DNA of 64,000 nucleotides from Dipteris shenzhenensis. Its lineage: Eukaryota. The position numbers and the translations under genes are program-made. The DNA is taken from assembly GCA_047967505.1 (NCBI GenBank), contig CM106538.1; one strand, written 5' to 3'. Below the pieces are notes generated by a model. That model made no database searches. It worked only from the letters and a program-made list of their open reading frames with translations, and had not been told where the DNA came from. Positions 13,050-26,100 of this stretch are shown piece after piece. Numbering within the stretch: the stretch's first letter is position 1; every line of letters begins with the position of its first letter.

Positions 13050-16000
13050 CATAATTTTCTTTCTATGTTGTCAAACTTCTCTTTCTATGTTGTCAAAATG
13101 ACGTGCAAAGTTTGGTGGGAAGCACATATTGGTTACAAAATTAATGGATGAATAGTTGAATACAAGCCAAGTAAATGCGATTGCTTTGAATGAATGGAAA
13201 GAGAGGGTGAAGTACTCAAGAGTCCAATGATAGAAATATTATTTGTATGAAGAAAAGTCTTCTCCATGACTGCAGTACGACCGGCTCTATAGCTGAACAT
13301 AACACATCCACTATTTGCAATAGGAATAAATGAAAATCCTATCTATCAACTCATTCATTCCCTTGTATACAATTTTGTTGAACAAGGCTTCATCCACAGC
13401 TACCCATAAGTGGTGTACGTGCTATTATGCCTAGTATTGAAATACTTTCACACAATTGTCCCCCACCATTTGTTTTTGGCATTTAGCAATGGTCATTTGG
13501 GTTTGGTATAGGCTATGTTAACCTGAGCAAATGGATCCCTTCTCACTTTGCTTGAACCCTCCCTTTGTTCTACACTTGTTTGTTGGTGCTCTTCATTTCT
13601 TGACTTTGAATTTTGCCCTTCACTTGGCTTTCGCTCCACTCTTCTTTGCCTTCGTTCTCTACTGTTGAAACCCTTTATGCAAGGGGTCCAACAGGTTGCT
13701 CATGCAAATTTGTATACATTTTATGTGCCTTGGAAGCATGTCTCTATGAGTTATTTGATAGCCTTATGTGTCCTGCTATAAGTAGCCAAAGGTATGATGT
13801 ATTCAATACTACATATTCAACCATGCTTTTTTGTTTTCATGTTATAAATTTTTGGAATACTTGGAATGGGAGGCCAACTTTGTACTCAAAGTTTTAAGAA
13901 TGGGTTAGGAGACATGGATAATAATAGCTAAATTCACCTCATATCACCAGACTGTGAATATGTTTGAAGGCCTTATGATGCTTGTGATAGTCTTCATGTT
14001 TTTGTTGAATTGGGGACCAATGTTACATCAATTTAATGCTTCTTATTGTGTTGTTATGTGGGCTTATAGTCACACTTAATAAATATTACACATACCTTTG
14101 AGTCTCACTTTGAGTATGTAAGAAGGAGTGTGGTTAAAGGGTGTTTGAATGTCTTTTGACATGATAGATTGGATTTACATATTATGTTAGCCAATGAGAT
14201 TTGGAAGAAAACTCATCATTAATACATGGTAATATGTCCTATGATTTTGGTACGAAAATTTAAGGAATATGTCTAAATTGTGAGGCTAGTGTGAGGCTTT
14301 CAAGGTTTAAAAAATAGATATGTGACTATGAAATCCAATAATTTGATGGAAGGAAAAAATGTTGGACATGCAGCTCTTAGGACTATAAGAATTAATATTA
14401 AATTCTGTAGATTTGCATTGTGGATGTCACAAGAATGTTCAAGGGTGTAAAGAGTTATATTGCAAACCATGGGAAAGTGATCATTTAAATATTGTCATTT
14501 TGAGACGTTGAGTACTTTATTGCTTTAATACATTGTATACTTGTTTGATTGCTTATATATGAAGTGAGATGAGTGATTTATCAAAGTAGATGATTGGTTG
14601 TTATTAAAAAAAAAGAATTGAGAACATTTACTTGCACTTTTATGCCCACTAAAAGCCCACTTGGAGGGATAAGAACAAGAATACCTTTTAACTATTTGCA
14701 ATACCATAAGATGAATGCCCATCAAGAAAAAGTTATTGGTTTCCCTTTTAGGAATTAGCCCTCACAAACAAAGCTGAATAGTTAAAGGGAAGATCATAAG
14801 CAGCTCCATCATAAGGTCTTATAACATTGTAATATATAAGACCATAGAAATAAGGTTTGAAACAAAAAGAGAGCATGATTTGAGTTTTTAGGACATATGA
14901 TTATGTTTATTTTGCTTCAACCTCATCCAAATGTCTTTCTAATACACCTTGATATCACAAACATAAATGAAATTCCTCTCATATATTCCTTTAATTGCAT
15001 GCATCTCTTAACTCAAACATACAAGCATTATTTTATGTCTTAACTATACAAGGTAGACATCAAAAAACACAATTACAATAGTTAAGACATAAAACCATTT
15101 ATGTCTTAACTATACAAAATTGACATAAAAAAATACAAGTACATATGTAAACATATGCATACTTTAAAGACTCTTTGCTCTTGCTTTTAAAGTTGTATTG
15201 GAGACCTTTTCTAAAATGATTGGGCATAAGTATGAATGCTCCTAGTGGTGTTGAAAGTTGTATGTGTATCTTCCTTACTAACAAGTGCACAACTATGGAC
15301 GTGTTTTCATATATTTCTTTCGGAATCCAAACATGATTGCTAAATTTCAAGAGTGCTTGGGAGATCAATCGTGCATATCTTCCCCCAAATATTTGGGTGG
15401 GTTTGTGCAATTCGTCTTTTGCACATAATATGTATGCAAATCCATGCAATTGTGTTGAGACTTGTGATATCAATATGAGCATATTGTCTTATATCCTTGG
15501 TTTGAAAGGAATACCATCCTAGTTGCACATCTTTCATGATGAAGTAATTAAGTGCCCACGATCCCAACAAGGAGACGTTTTTAGACATCCCTAGCCTCCT
15601 TGCCTACAAGACAATGACCATATTATAGCTTTAGTATTTACACGTGTGATGGCTCTAATATATGCACAAATACCATTGGTTTTAATGATTGAGTGTCACA
15701 TGACCTTTTGTGTAGTGAAAATATAATAAAATAATTGAATTTCAATGGGAAATGTTTGAGGATAGTGACAACTCTTGGTTATTCTTTAAGTACTTGTATG
15801 CATGTGAATGAAAGTAAAGGAAAAGCGATTTATAAAGAGTGTTTCTTATCTGAAGTATTCATTGATGGCATTGCACACATGGTATCACCACATAAGAACA
15901 AGTTGATGGAAGATCTTTCCTTGTGCAAATTCCAACATTCCATTGTTCAAATGATTATTGTTTGATACTTTTTTGATGGAACAGGGGATGTCCCCTATCG

Positions 16001-18509
16001 TTGTATGTTGAAAATGATGTCAAGTTGTCATTGGAAACTTAGAGACTCTTCTTATGACGTTCATGATAAGGGTTCAACATGTAGATCAAACCTTTAGGAT
16101 AAAGGTCGATTTGCCCAGTTACAACCTCAAAGTGCTCAAAGGCATCTGCAGTCTTACTTTGATGAAGATTTCCATGTTTGCGATGTAAACTAAATAGTCT
16201 TTCGCATGCTACTTACATGATAAAAGGAGCACTAGATTGTTGCTTAATAATGATTGAAACATATCCTTTATGCATCCATGGCCTATATTAGCAGAATTTG
16301 TTCTTTCTCTAATTCTCAATGGTAGAAGGCTGAAAGGGAGTTCATGAGTTTTTTTTTTAATTTAAAAAACAAAAATTATAAAACTCACCCACCCAACTCA
16401 CACACACGGTTGCCTTGGTAGTTCATGAGATTGCCTTGGTAGGAAGAAGCTCCCCAAAGGAAATTTCATGCAATAACTTGGGAAGGTATACTTGCAACAT
16501 GAAATAATGGATGTTTAGGCATTTGTTCTATTCAATAGAAGTTGATCTCTCTTTTGGTAAGTGCCTCCTTATGCTACTTTACAATTCTATTCCATGGGAT
16601 GGGTGTATGAGATGGTTCACGGATATTAGGTCCGCCAATTCTATAGGTTAATGGAAACATCTCAAGTAGAAATTTAATAATTTCCTACTAGAAGAGTAAT
16701 TGAGAGATACTCATGCTACTGGAAGAAACCTATTTACGTTGGGAAGGAAGATAGCATTCTTTTCGATGGCTAACTCTACTCTATCTTGAAATAGTTATGA
16801 GGTTATTGGGTTTTTACTTGCAGCTTCAAACTTAACTTGTGTAGTTTATGTATGCCTCAAAATGACTACAAATCATTACAAGTTTGATAAGTAAATCAAA
16901 TCCTTTATCCAATTTGCCATGTTCTATTGATATAAACATTTCAAATAGTATTAAGCATGGCTATATTGACAAGGATAACAAAGGAGTGTGTTCGAATGCC
17001 TTGAAGTCTGATGATGCTTATCAATAGCAAACGAGAGGAATGGGATGTTTAATTATTTTTACATGAGTTCTAGGCCATATTCTTGTCATTTTTAGGCTAT
17101 GAACAAATAGAAGAAGTATTTGCATTTCATAAATCAAGTGCTCTTATGGAGAGAAAGAAGTTACTTGTGTTATTATGTTCTTACAAGATTTGAAAACTTT
17201 TAGGATCCCATGTGAAGAAGTTGCTCCAAATATCACATGTACTATAGCAGAGCCTTGATAACAGCAAACAAACTTGTGAGTATCCTAATAAACATTGATG
17301 GATGAGATTCTTATGAAGTAAGACATTCTCAACATCGACTATGTAGTCCCTAAATTGTGGTTGAGTGAGCATAAGGAAGGTAAATGGTTACATACTACAT
17401 ATTTATTAAAATTTCAATAACAAATAATCAAATGCATCCAACCATGTAGTGGCATCCAATGACTAAGCATATGTAGAATGCCCTTGGGTGCCAAATGAGG
17501 TGGCACCTTATCATTAGAGCTACTATATTCATTGGGTGTCTAAGGAGCGGTATTATTTACAACTAAGCTACCTCAATGGGATTAGAATGACCATGGGTGC
17601 CCAAGGAGGTGCATGCATTTGAGGCTACCCTAGCATGCGCATCATGGAGGCTAACCCTAGCAAGATTAGAATGCCCATAAGATGTGGATGAGCATGCTCA
17701 CATGTTTTGTTACAACGGATGGGCCCACTAGCTATTTCCACGCAAGGGCAAATGGCCCATTTGAGTGGCTGAAGGTGCATTTGAACAATTCTTACATGAG
17801 AGAAGGAGCAGGAGGTAAAATGGCTGATGGAGCAAACGGGTGGTAGGATGAATCAAACAGAATTCCATGGATCCTTTAGCCCTCCCGGGTGCTACTTTCC
17901 TTGGATTGGGAGCCTCAGCCCTAGGCAAAGCATCCACCCAATCCCGCAGCCTCTGTCCCAACACTCCTACTCTGCAGCACCTTGCTCCTTCAGCGCCAGT
18001 TTCCTCCTTGCGTGGGAATAGAAGATGTGGGTGGTGGGTGAGACACCCCTCAGCCCATTGGTGGAGGTTTGGAAACCTCACAGGTCCTCCAATGCCACAT
18101 CTTGCTTTGTGTGGAAACAACTCCCCAATACATCAAGCCAAGTGTAAGAGGTGTGGGCAAAATTTGGGAGACAAAAGAAAAGTCATAGGGAAGAAAAGTC
18201 ACGCATGCATGTGTATTCGCGGATTAAAACATGTGGGAAAGGGGAAGACACTAGGGAGGAATTCGAGGATAGTGAGGAGGTTAAAAGAGAGTGAGTAGGG
18301 GAGAGATCGAGGATGCTTAGAGAAAGAAGTAAGAGGGAGATTGTGGGGGGGAGTGCTTATGATGGTGGCCACATTCAAGAGAGGACACCTTCATGAGAGC
18401 ATGGTAAAGGTGAAAGTGAATGCTGACCAGCACGAATGATAGAGGCCACTTCCAAGGGGCCAAGGGGGTAAATGCAGGCCACCTTGGATGGGGTGTTTGT
18501 GTTCATATC

Positions 18510-18531
18510 ATATATATATATATATATATAT
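18510..18531. repeat. (AT)n microsatellite
   Basis: Direct dinucleotide run. Confidence 0.9.
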
Positions 18532-19099
18532 GACTTGGCATGTACGCAAATAAGGGCCATATTTGCAAGTCATCTTATACAAAGGGGTATAAAGGGGCTC
18601 TTATGGGGGGGAAGCACCGGGTACTAAGTTCAAAAAACGTTCATCTTGATAATAATGCTGTTTTTTGGGAAATGGATTTGCTTTGATGGCGAATAATGAT
18701 GCTAGAAAGCAAATTTCCAAGTGAAATAATGCGCTAAAATTGGCATTAAAAAATCCATGTAGAGTACGTTCTATGCACGCCACAAAGCAAAGCTGAATTT
18801 CACGAGGTAAAAGTGAATCACCAAAATTGGGTAGAACATCGTTGAATCTAATGAGCTCAAGCTTTTATGAGGCAAAAATAAATCGCTGAAATCTTTAAAA
18901 ATCCATAACATAAATCGATTGACATTTTTTCACGGAATTGAATTAAAAAAAAAAATGCAGAGCACGCGTGACGCGAAGCAGCTCCTTGAAAGAATTCATG
19001 ACCGCGATTTAACGTTAATACGTGCCTTTAATGACCTCGATTTAACGTTAATCTGGGCAATGAAGAGCCGGGGAGGCTAAGGATTCAGACAACAGGGCG

Positions 19100-19420
19100 A
19101 TTAAAAGAGGGAGATTAAGGGGGGGGGGGGGGAGGGATGCTAAGTGCGGGGGCAGATTTGGCGGCAGCCGCCAGCATTGAAGGGGGGGCAGAGGGGAAGT
19201 ACAAAAAGGGGGAGGGGGATTTAAAGATGTTCTAATTTGGCGGGATGATGCGACGTTGTACGTAGAGGGAGGCAAAGAAGGGGAGGCGGAAGCTAAGTGT
19301 AGAGGGGGGGACTAAAGTTAGAGGAGGGGGAGGTGAGGTGGCATGGGGAAGGGGAGGTGGCGGGATGAGGTGGCATGTGGGGGGATGCATGGATGCATGG
19401 GCATGCATGCGCATGTGACA
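19100..19420 (+). promoter_or_regulatory. G-run-rich proximal promoter region of C3HDZ with clustered CATG/RY (CATGCATG) motifs
   Basis: Many G3-G14 runs at 19118..19384, then GCATGGATGCATGGGCATGCATGCGCATG, immediately before a CT-rich leader. Function is inferred from position only. Confidence 0.45.
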
Positions 19421-19482
19421 CATTGGACGAGGGGGACAGTGAGTACAGTCACTAGTCGACTGGCCACTGACACTGACTCAGT

Positions 19483-19903
19483 CTTCTCTCTCTAGAAACT
19501 TGAGCTTACACTCTCTCAGTTCTTTTCTCTCTCTTTCTGTATGAGCATTTCCAGCTCCAATCCTCTGCGTCTTCCTCTTCTCCTCTCAGCTCCTCCATCT
19601 CTGGCTTCCATCGCTCCCTCATCCTTCTCCCCCTGTCCTTTCCTCCCCTGTCGTGCCCCCCGCTCCAGCTTTCCTTGCCTTTTCCCACATTCCTTCATCA
19701 CATCTCCCCCTCCCCCATGGCTTAGCTCGTAGCTGTACTTCCCCTTTCTCCTTCCACCTCAGACCACCCTCAGAATCACAGACGCATCTTTCTCCTAGAT
19801 CCTCTTCCTTCCCTCATGTTCTCCTGTGAGTTACTCCTCTCTCATTGCTCTTCCGCTTCCCAATCTCGCACTCTACTCGTGCGACGTGACTTCGCCTGCT
19901 AGC
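19483..19903 (+). other. Probable CT-rich 5' UTR of C3HDZ containing three upstream AUGs (19541, 19717, 19816)
   Basis: Pyrimidine-rich tract typical of plant 5' leaders. uORFs at 19541..19732, 19717..19725 and 19816..19902. TSS unknown. Confidence 0.55.
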
Positions 19904-20112
19904 ATGGCGGTTTCTAAGGGTAAGGATGGGAAATGCTCGTTGGACTCCTGCAAGTATGTGCGATATACCCAGGAGCAGGTGCTGGCGTTGGAACGGCTGT
20001 ACGCGGAGTGCCCGAATCCCAGCTCTTTCAGACGCCTGCAGCTGCTGAAAGAGTGTCCCATCTTGTCCAAAATCGAGCCGAAACAGATTAAAGTATGGTT
20101 TCAGAATCGGCG
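19904..20112 (+). CDS. C3HDZ: C3HDZ exon 1 (homeodomain)
   Basis: ATG in agcATGG context. [45 protein letters not shown]. Donor GTAAGT. Confidence 0.93.
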
Positions 20113-23100
20113 GTAAGTCTTCGAAGTGCTTCACTGCGTAGAATCTCAACTGTATTGTGCCTTTCATGCGCTTGAGAACAAACCATTCTGTGGTTAAATG
20201 CTGCCGGTAATATGATGAGGAACGTTGCGCCTTTACGTGAAACGATCAACAGACCGAGAGAAACCATCGGCAGCGGGCTCTGATGATAACACCTGAAGAA
20301 GTATAAAAGAAAGCGTAGAAACTTCACCGGAGCCTTCTGGGGGCTCTCGATTGGATATGACTATGATATGGGATTTCGGTCTCATTTCATGACCTTCCTT
20401 GTTCTCCTGTAGGTGCCGAGATAAACAGCGGAAAGAAGCTACACGTCTCGTAGGCCTGAATGAGAAGCTGTCGGCCATGAACAGGGTTCTTGTGGAGGAA
20501 AACGATAACTTGTCCAAGCAAGCTATTCAATTGGTTCTTCAAAATCAGCAAATACGGAAGAAACTGGAGCAACTACGTAATTCGCGCTCCGCTTCTGATG
20601 GCTCGCACAACAAGATACAGGAGCAGGTATTCGCGTCCATCCGTTTCCCGAGAGGACATGACTGGGAAATGCAAGGTGCTGCCCGCACTCTTGGTCGCCT
20701 ACATTTCAATACCTGATGCTATTACCCTTCACCTGTGTATTCCAGGGTGGAGCTGCAACCACGGAAAATAGTTCCGAGTCCGTAGTGACAAGTAGCTTGC
20801 GACAACCAATCCCTCATGACACAAGTCCCCTTCGGTGAGTGACTGTTACCAAAGCACATTGTCTACGCAGTTGAGACGGGGGTGAGCTAAACAGTTGGGA
20901 ATTTTCTGGCAGGCTGATGGCTATTGCCGAAGATACGTTGACTGAATTCCTTGCAAAAGCCACCGGCACTGCGGTGGATTGGATTCAGATGCCCGGAATG
21001 AAGGTGATCGGAGTGCTTCGAAGATGGGTTTAAACCCAGGGTTTTGTAGATGTGGATCATACTGCTGCCTTGATTGGTTTCCTAATAGAATATCTTGTGG
21101 CCTGTTTGCCAGCCTGGTCCCGACTCTATTGGCATTGTAGCCATTTCACATGGTTGCAATGGAGTAGCAGCACGAGCGTGTGGTCTTGTTGGCCTCGAAC
21201 CTGCCAAGGTTGGATTTCGTGCAGGGACTGTCTGGATGGTTTGCTATGTTGTGATAATATCTTAGGAAATGCAAACTTGTGCTTCCAGAATGAAGTAATG
21301 ATTGTGTGATATTAGAATGAATAGTATGGGGATTTTTATAAAGTTAAAACAATGGCATCTTTTTACATAAGGAGGTTTTGATCCTAAAGTGCATTGGAGT
21401 TTACCTCCAGATCGTCGAGCTATTGAAGAATCGCACTTCGTGGCTCTCTGACTGCCGGCGTGTGGATGTGCTTGGAACGTTTAATACCGGCACAGGCGGC
21501 CTGGTGGAGCTGCTATATATGCAGGTCTTGGTCTGTTTTGATCCATGGTTTGGGTACTTGGAAAGGATGGGCTTTGACATTTGAAGGATAGTACTTAAAG
21601 GGTAGTTCCTGGAATATGTTTTCTAAGATGCCTGCATATTTGTGAAATGTAGAAATCCTATATGCTTAACGTGAGCTTCACTTGTCTGTCATTAACGTCT
21701 TAGTCAGCTTCATTCCATTAAGTCTCAACTTAAGAATATCAGACCTCTTTTTCATTGGGTTGGCCGTGTGTGTTCAGCACCCTTATATTCTTTCAACCAT
21801 ACGCTAAAGGTTTTTAGGTTTACCTTGAAATTTAATTGATTGGGAAAAGGTATATAGTTCTGATTGCTGTTGCTTTGATCCTTATCCTGTACTGGCAGAT
21901 GTATGCTCCAACGACACTTGCACTTCCGAGGGATTTCTGTACTCTGAGGTACACAACAGTTTTGGAAGATAGGAATGTGGTGGTAAGTGGGAAATGCCTT
22001 CAATTCTGATTACATTTTTCTGGTTTGTTCAGTACCCAGATTATCGAGTTCTTAATACCATTGTTTACTTGAAACAAATACATGTGAAACACTATGCCTT
22101 CAGATTTTGGATGTGAAATGTCTACCCGTAGTAAAGATTGATGTGAAACTCTCTTGATGAGAGTTGTGGACTGTAACAGGCATACTTGCCTTTGGTCATC
22201 CCAATGGTTGTCTCTTATGGCCAAGCGTGCCCTTGGAAGTTACCTCCAAAGTTGCCTCCAGTCATACATTATTGGCATGCATGCATATTTGCATGCCTAA
22301 GTATATTATCTGATTACATTTTTCTGGTTTGTTCAGTACCCAGATTATTGAGTTCTTATTACCATTGTTTACTTGAAACAAATACATGTGAAACACTATG
22401 CCTTCAGATTTTGGATGTGAAATGTCTACCCGTAGTGAAGATTGATGTGAAACTCTCTTGATGAGAGTTGTGATCTGTAACAGGCATACTTGCCTTTGGT
22501 CATCCCAATGGTTGTCTCTTATGTCCAAGCGTGCCCTTGGAAGTTACCTCCAAAGTTGCCTCCAGTCATACATTATTGGCATGCATGCATATTTGCATGC
22601 CTAAGTATATTATGATGTTTACGGAGCTTTGCTTGAGTCCTTGTTTTTGGACGTTCTTGCAAGGTTCCCTGATGGGCTCGATTGACATCGTCCTTCCTTG
22701 TGACTATTGCAATTTAAGCTCAATAACTTGAGCTTTGACACCATCGTAAGCTTGCCGTTGGAAAATGCAATGTCATTGAAGAACTATGCCAATTGTAGAA
22801 TTTCTATAGGGAATGCTTGAATGAGAGCGTGAGCGAGGGCCTTCCATAACATTATGCTTTGCTGATCCCTTGCTATTCACACACCCATATTCACACACCC
22901 ATAGAGCAAAGCGTTCATTGACTCTTGTTATGCATTGAACTAAACCCAAGTTCTTTTGTACCTAACTTAAGTGATGGATCTTACCTAAGTGTAATGGGAA
23001 TGTGAGTGGACTTTTTAATTAGTGAAAAGAGGAGAGGAGGGGTGTGAAGGGCAAGGGGGGTGTAAAAAGGAGAGTAAATGATCAGGATGTACCGCTATTT

Positions 23101-26100
23101 ATGAGGGAATGGGTTCATATATGTATTAATTATTAAAAAGGGAGGAGAGGAGGGGGTGGTAAAGGCAAGGGGGATGTAAAGAGGAGTGAATAATGAGGGT
23201 GTCTCTATTTATGAGGGAAGATGAGTACTCTCGTCTTATTGATCAAGATAAGAAATTAAAATTTTGTTACAACCATTTCACATTATCACTTGTAGCCTTC
23301 TGGAAAGATCTATCATTAGGTAAGCAATGTCTCGAGTTCAAATTGTCCTTTTACATGAAACTTTTAAGTTAGTCCTTCAACATTAGCCTAATTGGGCTGT
23401 CTATAACTTTCACCTACAAAATCAATTGAATCTCTCCATGGAAAAATGAAGGCCTTTTCAAATAGGTTTAGTTTGGTCAACTTATATGAATGGGATAATT
23501 TGTTGAATAAGGGCCCATTGGAATAAATAAATGGGAAATATAGATGAGTGACTAGTGGAGAAACTAGGTGAGATGAACAATCCTACGTGATAGCTAACAT
23601 TTGAGAAAATATCTAGGGTGAGTTATTAAAGCATTGTTAAACATAGATGTTGGGACTATGGCCATAAGTGTCTTACCTCTCATTATTCGATGATCAATTA
23701 TTATGAACTCTAGACTCCTAAGTAATAGTCCATAGAGCTTGATAATGGCACAATGCCCTCGGAATGGGTTATAGTGGTATGGGAGATTGCGGTTTCTTAT
23801 CACTAGCCAATGCTAGAGTGGAACTCGAGATCGCGGCTTGTTATCACTAGCCAATGCTAGAGTGGAAGTTGGAACCTAGATCTTTAGCTTGGGTATGATC
23901 TTGTTTATTTGAAGGTACATGATTGGGAGGTAAGCTTCAAGTGTTCATGTGAATTAGGGACTTGACGTTGGTATTAGAGTGATTCTTGGGAGAGAATGTG
24001 TAGTTTTGGAAAGTGAAAGCTTCAGATGTTTATGTAAATTAGGGACTTGGTGTTGGTATTAGAGTGATTCTTGGGAGAGGATGTGTAGTCTTAGAAAGTG
24101 ATTTTTGATCTTTGATTCATGAGGATGTAAGTTCCATCTAGGGGGTATGATTCTATGCCTCAAATTAACCCTAACTAGTTTGCACATAACTTCAGTGACT
24201 TTTCTTACCTAGGAAATAATCCTCTTTGCTAAGGACATGGTAGGTTGCTTGCATCCTACAAGATCTAGGATGTAGAGCCTCTAAATATAGCTATTGGGGA
24301 TGTGACTATATAAATAGTTTAGCTCTCAATATTTGAAAATCAATGATTGTGGATCTTAGACTCTTTAGTGTAGCCCATAGAGTTTAGTAGTGGCACAACA
24401 TTGTTAGGGTGGGTAGGTGGGATGAGATGATGTTGCTTGCCACTAGTGAGGCCTAAAGAGTGTAACCTTGCCCTCGTGTATCTCAAGGTTAATGGGTTGG
24501 ATGTAAGTGTCATGCTTGGCTACAATATGTCTTGTTATCTAAATCATGTGTTTTTCCTAGGTGAATTGTGAATGCTTTACTAGATGTGGTCACATGGATT
24601 GAGGACTTAATAACTCTATATTGATTGTCATTATGAGGTTCATCTAGAGTTTCAAATTTTTTAAGGAAAGGCTATGTGTATCTATTACAAACCGAACCAT
24701 ATGCTTGTTAGAAATGGAAAAAAGGGTACCCACAATGGAAGGTTGATTGATAGCCCAAGAATTCACATAGAACTGTTTAACTATGGAATCCAAAGCTTCT
24801 TCAATATGTGTACTCAACACACATGTGTGCAAGCTAATAAATAGACAATGCTCCTAGAGAAAGACATAACCAACAGAAGTATATATTCATCCATAGGACA
24901 CACTATAAAAGGATTCCATATTCCCTCCGAATCGCAGTTGTTTGTCCTTACCAAAATGTGTTGTCCTACTATTTCCTTGGCACTTCTAGATACCTAAGCT
25001 TGCATGCTCTTTGTTGAGCTTTTGTAGACTTTAGTGACCATGCCTTTGTCTTTGCACCTTGCTGCCTTGAGTATCAGCCTAGGTGTGCAGCCCCTTCCAA
25101 GCTATGTTTGTGCTCCTCTTCAGGCTTCCTTTAGACCTCTTGGATGTAGCCCCAATTTTTGCTGATCTGCTGCTCTAATCTGTTGGTGAAATGCTTCTCT
25201 TGTGGATGAGATATGAGCCCAAGTGGCTCCCTTTATATAGGGATTTATAGCCCCCACAACAGGTCGACCCAAGCAGCCAACCCAAGATCACCTTGTTGGC
25301 CAACTTGGTTGGCCACGTGGCAGGCAGTCATTGGCCCAAGCTGTCTTGCCCATACCTCGACATGTTCTAGGCCTCCTTTCAAGCCCATAGCTTGCCCCTT
25401 TCCATGAACTATAAGTCCCTGGTATTCCTCTTACAAAATGAAAGTTTAGCCAAAGCTCTTTTGCAAGGTAGTGATTCTCAATATGATGGATATATTGAGA
25501 TCCGCAACAAGTGAAAGGTGGCTATTTAGAGAACAAAAGGTTCGGAGGGTTGGCACGATTGCAAACTGTGAAGAAGAAAGTGTAATGGTTAGGCTTGAGG
25601 TGAGATCGTAACTCTACCCCTGAACTTTTTCTGCAACTAGATAGGAGTGCAAAAAAAGAAAGAAGTTAGGTAGACATGGGTGAAGATTAAAGAAGATCCT
25701 AAAACCCTAGAAAAGAGTGCATTTACCAAGCTTTTCCTTTGGGAAAATAAACTATAAAGCAAAATTGGTGTAGCAAGAATTCTAAAAGCGAGATGATATA
25801 ATCAAATTGTGTTGAAAGGTCGTATTTCCTAAATCTTCCTATCGATTAATGATCTCAGTTTGTCTTATAGACCTCCATATTGGAGAGAATTCACTAGATC
25901 TTACGATAGACTTGCAGTGTCAAATGCCTTGTAAGATTTGTACTTCGTCATTGTAAGCACTCTACTAAATCTTCTCATGGATTAATGTTCTTAAATATCT
26001 TAGACTTTGTATCTACTCCATCATCTCAAGGGCTAACTCTCTTGCTGCTTGGACGATGGAGTAATATCAAGTCTTTTTGGTCGTTTGTGCGTTTTGCTTC

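Noticed and set aside
9324-13054. Target-site duplication for the copia element
   Set aside because: Flanks CAGGA and CATAA match at only 3 of 5 positions, so a TSD is not claimed.
13100-17400. Possible host gene in the AT-rich upstream region
   Set aside because: Only short ORFs with no recognisable motifs or consistent exon chain. Probably decayed repeats and intergenic DNA.
19826-19903. In-frame GTG-initiated N-terminal extension of C3HDZ from the ORF track
   Set aside because: GTG starts are a prokaryotic ORF-caller convention. The ATG at 19904 has good context and matches family N-termini.
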